A stretch of DNA of 63,912 nt, the filler included, from Lenisia limosa (Eukaryota; Protista; Breviatea): assembly GCA_001655205.1 (NCBI GenBank). It is 9 parts of 9 records of this genome, joined end to end, with 100 filler letters (N's around TTAATTAATTAA, not from the genome) between each part and the next. Parts side by side here need not be neighbours in the genome. Positions count along the whole stretch, not along the records: positions 30,296 to 42,267 come from LPNZ01010055.1; positions 42,368 to 47,457 come from LPNZ01007450.1; positions 47,558 to 60,021 come from LPNZ01010065.1; 6 more parts are not named here. One strand, 5' to 3'. The notes below the pieces were generated by a model. That model was not told where the DNA came from, did not search any database, and saw only the letters and a list, made by a program, of their open reading frames with translations. Below, piece after piece: positions 38,501 through 50,500 of the stretch (the first letter of the stretch is position 1; every line of letters begins with the position of its first letter). A program made the position numbers and the translations under genes.

Positions 38501-39960
38501 CATCCATCAAAACTTGTAAAAAAACAAGGTGATAGAATGAAGAGTGCTACATTGAATCATGCCGTAATAGGCAAGTAGCCTGATTTATTATGATTTTGAC
38601 GACTTTGTTTGAAAAAATGAAATACAGAGGCTGGCTCTTGCTCATAATCCGAGCCGAGGTTCTGCTACCAACCTGCTTTAACCGTACCGCGAGCGTACCG
38701 CCCAAACTTACTGAATGAAGAATGACACCTACTTAGATTAAAACAATGTCAGCAGGAATAAACCTACCCAAAAGTCGCCGAGAAACCACATTATAAAGTT
38801 CACAATAGCTCTCTTCTTTGAAAAATGTTCGCCTTCGCTCAAGATCTACAAATGAAAACCCTTCTCTTAAGTCTTACCTCTCAAAAAAACAATACTATTT
38901 CCATCTTTAAAAACATTTATAACCAAATTAAAAAAAAAGAGCACATTGCAGAAGACAGAATGAAGATCAAATAAATTGAAAAATAATTTATCTGCCTCTT
39001 TTGTAACATAAGCCATACATATACAGCGAAAATAGCCCCTTGCATTGACATCAAGTAGGGTAAAGCAATGAACCTAGGTAACTTTAAAAAAGGAAACATA
39101 AGCAACAACTGACATATAAGGTACAACACAATAAAAATCTAATGGTATTTGAAGAGATTCCTTATTCAAAATTTGCTGAAAATCAATTTCTTGGAGCTTT
39201 AGTGAGAATTCTGCAACATCAATACAATTGGAACAATGCTCTCAATTAAAATAACAAACTTCTGGGATAACTGCAACTGGAGTGGGCCCTTGATACTCAT
39301 TAAACTCTGAGATGAATATAAAATCCGACATATCTCTCTTTATCTCTTGCTCTCTCTTTTGGCAAACCAGGCTACAAGTAAAGGGTAGTAGAATATATTA
39401 TATCTGGGGAATACACTCTGTTGAGGCTTTCCGAGAGCTTAATCCACCATCTCTTGCTTCTCGGTTGGCAAAACAAGTAAGTATGTCGAGTCAAATCGGG
39501 TTAAAACAGACGATGAGACCTGCAACTCACTTTTGCCTGGGTGACTATAACTCATATTTTATGGTTCTAAATTAGTTTCAAGACAAATACAAGATTGGAG
39601 ACAAGTGACAGCAGGTGTAAAGTCACTCATTGGGAAGATAGGCATGAGATATAAACCATTGAGTTTCACCATTGAAATTGCAAAATAAATATTTGTTTTC
39701 ACGGGCTTGTATACTCCTAATTTACCCAAAATTTGATAAAACTCTACTTTGTAAGGGATTGGCCTTCCTTTCTGAATTTTCTATAGAGTATTTTGTAACA
39801 AATATAGCTGCACAGGCTAGAGGTCTCCGGAAAGACTTAACAGGTTGATTTTCCCAGATATAACTACTCTACTACCCAATGCTACCAGGCTTTACCCTTC
39901 CGCCGGGGGATTCTTGAAAATGGGGCAGCTCCGAAGGAAATGTCAGAAATCGGTTTGAAA
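35600..39960 (-). mobile_element. Highly degenerate LINE-like element (APE endonuclease and RT traces)
   Basis: FQES and PIFPMSDFT (GDFN-like) at about 39600-39930, and SKGVQQ..SSFFLF (GxPQG-like) near 36200. There are many stops and no introns. Confidence 0.35.
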
Positions 39961-41329
39961 AAGATGGATATGTTTAAAATACTATATTAGGTATATAAAT
40001 AAATTTGTACTTTTACCTCTTTTTGCCCCTTTGGTGGAATAGAGCCTTTCAAGGTGAACTGAATTTATTTCGAGAAGGTTTGGAAGTCTTCATCACATTT
40101 TCATCGTGATGAGAATCACAAATCAGATCATAACACTCGAAATAAGGGTTCTCAAAGGTAGAATTGAAAGGCTGAAGACCAGATTAGATGTTTATTCTAT
40201 TTAATGGGTGTATTATGTGTCTTCAAGACCATCAATGAAAACATTATTTCCCAAAATAGGTCAACTATCGGCATCACTGTTACCGCCAAAATACCCTAAA
40301 CACCGATGACATGGTCACTAATCCCCTGTCTTCATTAGCTCCAAAGCCAAAGCTGTTCAAGAACAGCAACACGACCCCCATCCCACGTTACAAAGCTCCC
40401 AGAAAACGACTCCAAAGGGCCAAGGCCTAAAAAGTTTGTGAGGGGAAAATTGTCATTTGTTACTGTTATTTTTAAATAGAGTAGACAAGTAAGTTGAAGT
40501 AGATGTCAGTGTTGTTTTTCAAAAGCTCTTTTTGACCATCTCTAGTTTGCAGTATCCCGCTGGCTGGCTCTGTTCGCCTTAAGCTATCGCTTTCACTTCA
40601 TGTCAATTGTATGCCGCCCTGTTGTTCTAATAACCTTCTCCAGGTAGCTGCTACTCTTGCGTCGTAATGTTTTGTGCTCGCTTTTGTTTTGTAATATTTT
40701 CTAATTAGATATGTTTTGAAGGGTTGGGTTATTGTTTGTCGCTTTCACTCAGTAGTTATTAGTTATAAAAAATATTAGTCATATATCACACCGCTTTAGT
40801 AAGTACAACAATACAACAAAAGAGCAAACAAGCAAATTCAAAAGTTTAACATTAAGATAATGGAACAACAAAACCAACATTTTGTTTTTACATGTTAGAG
40901 TCAGAATTATCGTAGAATTGGGCCCTACTACTNNNNNNNNNNTTTTCCAATCTGTTCTCAACGCCAGAGAATTTGGATAATTCTTTTTCTATATTATTGT
41001 TTGATTTATAAATAGGACATTGAGGCAAACAAAAGGACAATCAAGGAAAAAAAAAAAAAAAAAAAAAATTTANNNNNNNNNNNNNNNNNNNNNNNNNNNN
41101 NNNNNNNNNNNNNNNNNNNNNNNNNNNNNNNNNNNNNNNNNNNNNATCATGCCTGGTATCCCTCGCTGGCTCTGCCCCTGCCTCCCTTGGTCAGACTTTC
41201 AAAAACTCAAAAAAAAAACCGATCAGGTGTTAAACTTCAGAGGATCAACTTCAGAGGTTCAGTTTGGGAGTTAGGCAATAATTGGGCAATAACAAGCAGG
41301 AATTTGTTTTTTCTTAGGTGTTTCAAATT

Positions 41330-41980
41330 GAATGATATATCCATTTCCTGTACTTACAAGTACAACAAGTCAAAGGATAAAAAACTGTGATACTTCTCTG
41401 TATTATTCAATTTTTACACAAGATTTAAGTGGCAGTGTGATGTTTGTGGCTTCGAACCAAATATTGATATTTCTTCCTTAGTTGATAAAATTATATTCAG
41501 GCTTCATTCAACATGTGAAGAGCCAGTGAGAGGTATTTTGATTAACTCATAATATAGAAATTTCTAAGTTTCCGTTTTCTATCAATTCAATTGGTTGGGG
41601 TGAATTTGACATAAGCGTTGAAATCTATTTTAAGAATTCTTATTGTTTTTCTTTCTCTCATTCTTTAAAGCTGTTCCGTACACTGTCATTGTTTACATAG
41701 ACCCCAACATAAAATCTGGTTCAATTATATCTGAAACTATTGAAATCATTAAGTTTGTTGACCCACCTCCTTTCTTTCTTGATTTACTCTCCCCTCATTT
41801 AAGCATTTATCACAATCAGTCACTCCTTAATTGTTTAGTTGTTTTGCTAATTGAGATGGTATAACTGATGAAGAAAAGGCAGTCTTTCAAGTTCTGTTGT
41901 CCTCAAAAGGTGCAGTACGAGGTGAAATCTCCAAAGTTCAGTCAAGAATAAATGCAATACTCCATACGATTGGGGGGTAA
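41330..41980 (+). CDS. YEATS domain protein (divergent)
   Basis: FKWQCDVCG..DISSLVDKIIFRLHSTCEEPVR / EISKFPFSINSIGWGEFDISVEIYFK has the YEATS signatures LHxx..P.R and PF....GWGEF. Confidence 0.75.
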
Positions 41981-43358
41981 ATGCATGGAGGACAAAGAAG
42001 CTCAGAGATGGCAGTAACACTTCTCTAATTCCTCTAATTCCGACCCACAGTTTTGGTATATCGCCATTGGACGGCGTTCAGCTGGCATTCAGATTGCATT
42101 ATACACTGCATATCATCTGCATATCATTACTCCTCGATATCTTTGGTATATCACAAGCATATCAAAAGAAAGGTGATTGTAAGAAGACCTTCTCAAGGGG
42201 CTGAAACCAGGGGGGTGACCCTGGTGCCGGGCGGGCCACAAAAATGACAGGGGTCAATATGATAAACNNNNNNNNNNNNNNNNNNNNNNNNNNNNNNNNN
42301 NNNNNNNNNNNTTAATTAATTAANNNNNNNNNNNNNNNNNNNNNNNNNNNNNNNNNNNNNNNNNNNNCATTTTGTCCCCTCCACTCAGCACCATCCATAG
42401 TTTTTTTTTGTTTGAGTGAAAGATCGCTGGGATCCCACTGATATTAGGACCAAGTCCTCTCGCGAGTACACTTAGATAGGCAGCCTTTTACCCATCATAA
42501 TATTACAATCCCAAGATCTGCATCGCATCCCTATGTATTTATTCAAATCCGAAGATTATATTTCCTTGGTACCCCCCAACCCCCCAATAGAACTATGTGG
42601 TCGTAGGTTCTTAACAACCAAAAAAATCAAACACAAATATATACATGTATAATATACATGTATGTATAGTCAAAGCTCAGGACATCATTCAAAATTCCCG
42701 GACACATCAAAACTCCCGGANNNNNNNNNNNNNNNNNNNNNNNNNNNNNNNNNNNNNNNNNNNNNNNNNNNNNNNNNNNNNNNNNNNNNNNNNNNNNNNN
42801 NNNNNNNNNNNNNNNNNNNNNNNNNNNNNNNNNNNNNNNNNNNNNNNNNNNNNNNNNNNNNNNNNNNNNNNNNNNNNNNNNNNNNNNNNNNNNNNNNNNN
42901 NNNNNNNNNNNNNNNNNNNNNNNNNNNNNNNNNNNNNNNNNNNNNNNNNNNNNNNNNNNNNNNNNNNNNNNNNNNNNNNNNNNNNNNNNNNNNNNNNNNN
43001 NNNNNNNNNNNNNNNNNNNNNNNNNNNNNNNNNGCATTTTTTCCTCAAAATTCACCATTTCATAGCCAAAGCAAATGGGAACCCGGAACCAATTACTCCG
43101 AGGGATACAAATTTTTTTTTCTTAACACTAAAAGAGGGTAAGATTCAGAAAAAAATCCTGTGAAAAGGCAAAAGGGGGACCCCCGGGAGACCAAATTCAC
43201 GGATTTTTGACACTTGCTCAAAATTGAAAAACAAAGTTAGGGAACATTAGGAGGTCCATTTTTCTATGTATCTGTCGAAGCATTTTTTAAAAAAACACTA
43301 GCAATGGCCTATACAAGGTGTCAACTTCAAGCTGTCCGGGAGTTTTGANNNNNNNNNN

Positions 43359-46228
43359 ATACGAACGTAGATTTTGTTATGAATTCGCCCATAGTTGGGG
43401 AACTCCTGGAGAACCGCATCGAGGGCAACCTTGGATGTAAATATCAATATCATATGATAAGATGGACTTCCCTGTGGTTCCAAAAAAGAAGGCATTTCAC
43501 ATTAAATCCTCAATAAATATATTTTACCGGCCTTTTTCGGACCATAGTGCAGCCCTAATGAGAGGGAAGCCTTGGATGTAAATATCAATATTTATGATAC
43601 TTGGGCCCAAACAGGCTTTGTAGGATTCTTTGAAAGCCCTTTTAAGAAATAACAAGCAGATGTAAATCTGTCAGGCTGAAGCCACCACGTTAATAGATTA
43701 CTGAATAACACAATGACACCCCCTCACCTCATTAAAGATGTCGAGGAGCTCACGCGGGGCGTCAGGAAGCTGAATAGTTAGTTTAAGGCTGGATGGAGGA
43801 ATAGTTAGTTTAAGGCTGGATGGATAAATAGTGTATTGATAATAGCCAAAGGGTTGGGCTTCATAATGTAAAGTGAACTCTAATGTAATCCCAGAAACAA
43901 CCATACCCTCCTCCACATCCAAAACAACTATAAATACTTGTTTGGAGTTTCAGATTATTCGGTTCATGATTAGAACCTTTACGCCAGTATTCCTAATCGA
44001 AATTTCTTTCGTTTTACTCCCCCCCACCCAGAAGCCGAGACGAGGGACTTTTTGTGTCAAGTGGTTGTATTCCACCTCCAAGCTCTGCCTGTTGGCTACA
44101 CGGGGTCAGAAACTCCTTGCAACCAATGTTTTAGGGCTTCCCTATGGTCCCAAAAAGACTGAATTTCTAGATAAATCCTTGATAAATATCGATATTTTCC
44201 CGGTCTTTTTTCGGACCGTAGGGAAGCCCGAATTGTACATGAATGGCGTCCCATATTCTCTTATTATCATTTCAATCAACATGAACTCCCCTTGCCCCTC
44301 TCCCACCAGTACACATCTGGTTGATTCTGTCACCATATACGGAGTTGCCCTTGTCGTCAACCATGGTCAGGAGGAACTCTCTGAACTGACGGCTAACCTC
44401 ACTACGAGGGCCTAGGGGGGGGGGGGTAAAATTGGAANNNNNNNNNNNNNNNNNNNNNNNNNNNNNNNNNNNNNNNNNNNNNNNNNNNNNNNNNNNNNNN
44501 NNNNNNNNNNNNNNNNNNNNNNNNNNNNNNNNNNNNNNNNNNNNNNNNNNNNNNNNNNNNNNNNNNNNNNNNNNNNNNNNNNNNNNNNNNNNNNNNNNNN
44601 NNNNNNNNNNNNNNNNNNNNNNNNNNNNNNNNNNNNNNNNNNNNNNNNNNNNNNNNNNAGTGCAGCGGGCTCCTGTTGCGTAAGTGTCTTCAAGGAGGAA
44701 ATGCTACTTCATTTCAATTGAATAATACTGATGTAGCGAAAATCAAATAATAAAATAAACACCAAATGCCCAACTTTTTTTTTCCTTCTACATTTTAGTA
44801 TATCGATATGTCCCCCCCCCCCCCTCTCNNNNNNNNNNNNNNNNNNNNNNNNNNNNNNNNNNNNNNNNNNNNNNNNNNNNNNNNNNNNNNNNNNNNNNNN
44901 NNNNNNNNNNNNNNNNNNNNNNNNNNNNNNNNNNNNNNNNNNNNNNNNNNNNNNNNNNNNNNNNNNNNNNNNNNNNNNNNNNNNNNNNNNNNNNNNNNNN
45001 NNNNNNNNNNNNNNNNNNNNNNNNNNNNNNNNNNNNNNNNNNNNNNNNNNNNNNNNNNNNNNNNNNNNNNNNNNNGGCCCGGGTATCACCCCTTTCAATG
45101 GCCTCATCCCGGCGCCTTTTTCTGATTTCAGCCTCGGCAGCGAAGCGGTTGTCTGCCTGCATGTTCTTGAAACGTCTAAACCAGTCAATTTGCCTGTTAC
45201 GGTTGTGTGTATGTGTGTGTGTGTGTGGGGGGTCTTGCTGAAGGAATTATTCTACTATAATTCAATCTTTCTTAGAAGCATGATGGTGTGGACGGCTTCG
45301 GCCAGATATAACAAAGCCCTGATAAATATATTACTCATCTCTCCGTACTCATGAAGAGGCTGGTAGATTTCACAAGTGGAATTTCGCGAAAAAGAGTCAT
45401 CTGGCATTTTGATATTATTTGTACTTGCATATAATGTCATATTTATGTGCATATGAATACTTGCAGGTAAATTTGGTTCGAGATGTGAAACCATGATACC
45501 AAACAGAAGTGAACCTCCTATCGTAATAACGACTTTTTACAAATCCTATCATCATATTTATATTCAACCTTTGTCACAATTATCATTATAATAAAGATGA
45601 TTTAAACACTCAAAACACGAAAACGGTGTTTTCTACATGTTATATAAGGCATAATCAACTCTGGCTGATCATGAGGAAAACAGTTGAAGAGTATGAAGGT
45701 AAAGAGGCGGAGTGGATAGAGGAATATGGTTTTTAGATTGCTAATAAAAGGCTATTTCAACAAGGCAATTATAATACTACAAGAAAATGAGTTAGGCCAC
45801 CTAAGCTGCCTCCCACCTTTGATCAATGCCTTCCTCATCATAGTGATCGAGCATGTCAATGGTTTTGTAGTCACTAAAGCACGTTAAAATATGTTTAATA
45901 TCAATGATATCTCTTCTAGGCGTGGAAAAGGACGGAGAAGAGCAATATGAGGTAATAACGTTACAACAGCATTCAAGGCTCAGCACAATCCACAAACTCT
46001 TGCATGTTTTCCATGAGATCTTCGCCATCGTCATCTTCTCCAACGATTTCATCCTGAAGAGAAGTCAAAGGTAAACGACAAAATTCAACACTTTGAAATC
46101 CAACCCTCTCTGTCCTCATTCATACCTTAACAATTTCAAGAGGAGCGTCTTCTTCCTCAGAAAAGTCAACTTCAGGCTCCCTTTCGGTCTGCACTGTTAA
46201 AACAAGAACTTTATTCCAGCCTTACCAT
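43359..46228 (-). CDS. MCM2: DNA replication licensing factor MCM2, 5' part (remainder lost in gaps)
   Basis: DDDGEDLMENMQ / DYKTIDMLDHYDEEGID / RFAAEAEIRKR / GPRSEVSRQFREFLLTMVDDKGNSVYGDRINQMC / NRQSLEVEYNHL / LPDAPRELLDIFNE / VALDAVLQEFPNYGRIHNKIYVR are collinear with the MCM2 N-terminus. Confidence 0.9.
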
Positions 46229-47557
46229 TTTGATTTGTCTACAATATACCAAGTAAGCACTGTTTGTAGCAAAAGGAAAGATTTTTCTCAGATTTCGCTA
46301 ACATACAAATTTTCCGATAAATCTCGATAATTATTTTTCGAGTATTTAAATTAACAAATTTCTATTTTTCTCATTTTTTGCTTACTCTTGTATTTGTTTG
46401 TTGTTTGTAAGAGGCCTCTTTTGGCTTCTTTTGGGACTTCACCATGTATATGGAAGAAGAAAATCAAAGTTTGCAACTTTTTTCTGTTGAGCTTACAGTC
46501 TAACTTTCCTTAGCAGTGCAGTATGGCAATGAAGCAATTGATGAGGATAGTGATATCTCTCAGGAACAAGCATGGACCCTGATTGATTCTTTTTTCAAGG
46601 TTTGAAGCAGCGTTCTGGGGTTTCCTATCGCTGTCTTACCGTTCTTTAGGAAAAGGGCCTTGTTAGGCAACAGCTTGACTCTTTTGATCAATTCATGAAC
46701 AACAAGATCCCTGAAACTGTTCGCAATACCCCTGTTATCAATTGCACGCCCCGTGCACAGTTTATGGCTGGCGAGCAGGACTCCCCTCAGGTAAGCAGAG
46801 AGGCGTAGTGGGTTTAGGCTGGTCATCACCACACCTTCTTTGAGTTGTCTTACTTTTTTGTGATCGTCAACTCGGGTTTTGTGGAGGCATATGAAAGGAA
46901 AGGTGCATTCATCAGGCTGAAAATCACATTATATGGGAACTTAAATACATGCAGGGTTGCTTTAGACATCCATATGCGAAATAGAATGGGGAACACTGAA
47001 AAGCAAACATGTTATACCACAATATGTCTAACAAGATGTTTAGCGCACTCATTAAACACAGAAACATGGGGCTTATTTTGTCCATTCATTTTGTTTTTTG
47101 CTCTGTTTATTCACTCTGTTTTATTACTGTATCCGTCTTATTGGCCTTTGTTTGCCTCCCAAGTTTCAGTATCTACCCAATATAACAAATATCGAAAAAA
47201 AAATAGGGTTATTCTATGCAATGCATTATTATGATTTTTATTATTTATTTCTCATTGCTATATTCGTTGTTTCAGATAATTTGGTTTACAATATTCTATT
47301 TCGCCTCGCTCATTTTCTCCTTACACCTAGTTCTCTTATTGTATCCCCCCCCCCTCTCACACACACACAAAGCATTATCCAATAAGAGAACTCGATGTAA
47401 GGAGAAAATGAGCGAGTCGAAATAGAATATGGAGTTTCAGGTTATTCGGTTCGTGATNNNNNNNNNNNNNNNNNNNNNNNNNNNNNNNNNNNNNNNNNNN
47501 NTTAATTAATTAANNNNNNNNNNNNNNNNNNNNNNNNNNNNNNNNNNNNNNNNNNNN

Positions 47558-50500
47558 GGGATCTGAACTCCGGAAGACAACTTGGCAAAATCAAGCCGCA
47601 TACTAGTTTGCTGGGTAAAATCAGTAAAACTGTTCAACCCTTATGTGTTGCTAGCCGACAGAGTTGATTTTGAGCTGGTTTATATTAATATATTTCCAAT
47701 TTTACGGAGATTAGTACCTTTACGCCAATATTCTTCATCGAAATTTCCTTCATTTTACCCCCCCCCCTCCNNNNNNNNNNNNNNNNNNNNNNNNNNNNNN
47801 NNNNNNNNNNNNNNNNNNNNNNNNNNNNNNNNNNNNNNNNNNNNNNNNNNNNNNNNNNNNNNNNNNNNNNNNNNNNNNNNNNNNNNNNNNNNNNNNNGAC
47901 GTGAAAGATGGCGTGTTGATATCCGGCGGAGGTGATGGCCACGTCAGGACTTTGTGGGGGGTTTACGGGGAGGAGTGTATGATTAGACTTTGTAAGATTA
48001 TTAACTATCATATACTATATGTGACGTATGCTATTTTCCTGAAAATATACAGTGAACGTGTTAAATAGTGACCGAAATGTCATTCCTGTTGGGAAATCGG
48101 TTTATAGACCTTTCAAACATTTTGAAAGTGCCTTTTGATGCTATAGACCCTACATTTATGTTTTCAGAATAATTTTGATTATTTATGAATTAAGTGAATG
48201 GATTCACTAAATTATGTAAAAAAAGGAGGGGGTGACCTCAGTTTAGTTCATGAACTGAACTTTTAATTCACGTTTTTTCATCATAAATTCACTACTAAAA
48301 TCGGTATATTTTCCATAATTTTGTGAGTCCATTCACTAAATTCATTGAAAATAAAAATTCTCTGGAATCATAAATGTTGGGTCAAAAGCATCTAAATGCA
48401 CATTTTAAATAATAAAGAGGTCCAAAAACCGATTTCCCTACAGGAATGACATTTCGGTCACTATTTAACACGGTCACTGTATAAAGCAGAGTGCCAACCC
48501 AGAAAGAGCTTTGAGAATGAATATCAAAATATACTCCGGGAAAAACATTGGCAAAATATGACCATACCCTTTGACAGCCGGAATTATTGTTAATATCTGA
48601 GAGAGTTCCCTTGGATTAGGATCAAACCAGAATCCTAAGTCGTATTTTTGGGACTTATGTCACAGTTTTGGCTGATTTATTAATTTTTCCATATGAAATT
48701 CCCTTTCAACAGAACAAGACGATGTCGATGACCAAGCAAGCTGCTGAACCAGCCTGAATTTGAGAAATATTCTAAAAATAGTAATATTCACATACCAATT
48801 AGGTAACTCTTCCTTACGAGATGACCAAAACTGTTTCAATTCTTTCTGAGTAACCTGGAAGCTCTTCAACTAGTAAAAGGATCTTTGACATATTTCAATG
48901 TCAAACACATTTCAAGAATCCATTTATAATCTAACAAAAACCCTTTTCTTTATGAGAAAGAAAATAACCTAGGGTAGAATAAATGCACTTGCATGGATTA
49001 GTTTATATTATTCAGAGAGATGTCAGTTCCCATTCACATATTTTATTATTTTTCCAACTTCATCGGTTTTGAAGTACTGCAACATTGTAGATAATGAATT
49101 CACAGTCCACTGAGCCTCTGTTAAAAAAAAGCTGCAGAAGCATCCGAGTAGAATATTTGACTGCTGATTGGTCCTTGAAAAAAGCAGCATAAATCAGCAT
49201 CTTCAAAACGGTTACAATAAATCAGAGAAAAGCACAGAAAAGCACTACCTCTCCAAAATAAACACGATTACATTATTTTCTGAAACAAAGCGGAGAAAAC
49301 ACATCTATGTATCAAATTATGCTCAAAATTAAAAGAGGGAACTGTTCAGAACACCGAAGTAGAATATTTGACTGCTGATTGGTCTCCTTGAAAAAAAGTA
49401 AGGAAAACGTAATCAGCACCACTCTAAACAAAGCGGAGAAAACACAACTATGTATCAAACTATGCCAACAACCAAAAGAGGGAACTGTTCAGAGAACCGA
49501 AGTAGAATATTTGACTGCTGATTGGTCTCCTTGAAAAAGGTAAGGAAAACGATCAGCACCACTCTAAACAAAGCGGAGAAAACACAACTATGTATCAAAC
49601 TATGCCAACAANNNNNNNNNNCTCAAACTATGCCAACAATCAAAAGAGGGAACTGTTCAGAGCACCGAAGTAGAATATTTGACTGCTGATTGGTCTCCTG
49701 AAAAGGAGTGGAGAAAACACCCAATGATATTTCATGTATCTATTAGGTATAGATTGATCAAATAACAACATTACGGTGCATACCAGTATGGAGGTTCCAT
49801 CTTCCGAGCTATATGTATGTGCGTACCAAGTGAATCCGGAAGTTGTTTCTTGCCAATCAAGCATCGGGTCGGGCTGAGACCGTCTTCCACTATACTGTCA
49901 CACCCACAGATTCAAGGAGAAATTCCAAGACGTTTACGTTCTGCGATGACGTGGGGAATGAAGACGTAGAGAGCCCAGTATGTGACGTCTTAAAGGTAAG
50001 TTCAATCAGTGGTCTTCTCCTCAGCAGCGGTCTTGTTGGACAGAAGTGAGGCGAGTGAGGCGGAAAGACTTTTAAAGAAATAAAAAAAACCATTTGAACC
50101 GTGTAAAATAAGTACATAAAAACGACGAATGATGCCAATAGACGGTCGTAGTCGGCCGCAGCCTCAAGAGTATTTTTATTAGAGTTAAGTGTAATTGATA
50201 CCTATCTGGGTTGGCACCCTGAAACAACTGTCAAAGTTGACATTTGATATAGTAGTACACCTCACCCACCTCCTTTCATCTCTATTTTACACTTTTGTTT
50301 TCTAAAGCTACCTTTATTTCAACATTTTTACACCGTGTTTTTTGTAAAATGTCCTCTTTTCGCTACCACACCCTCTCAGGTTTCATGTTTTTTTTTTTTT
50401 TTTTTTTNNNNNNNNNNNNNNNNNNNNNNNNNNNNNNNNNNNNNNNNNNNNNNNNNNNNNNNNNNNNNNNNNNNNNNNNNNNNNNNNNNNNNNNNNNNNN

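Noticed and set aside
42627-43163. Long ORFs in the supplied track that span X runs
   Set aside because: They are open only because N gaps contain no stop codons.
42690-43350. Inverted TCAAAACTCCCGGA pair as element termini
   Set aside because: Both copies abut N gaps and the interior is mostly unsequenced, so this cannot be evaluated.
46560-46832. 90-aa ORF upstream of MCM2
   Set aside because: It has no recognisable motif and no consistent splice partners, so it cannot be supported as a gene.
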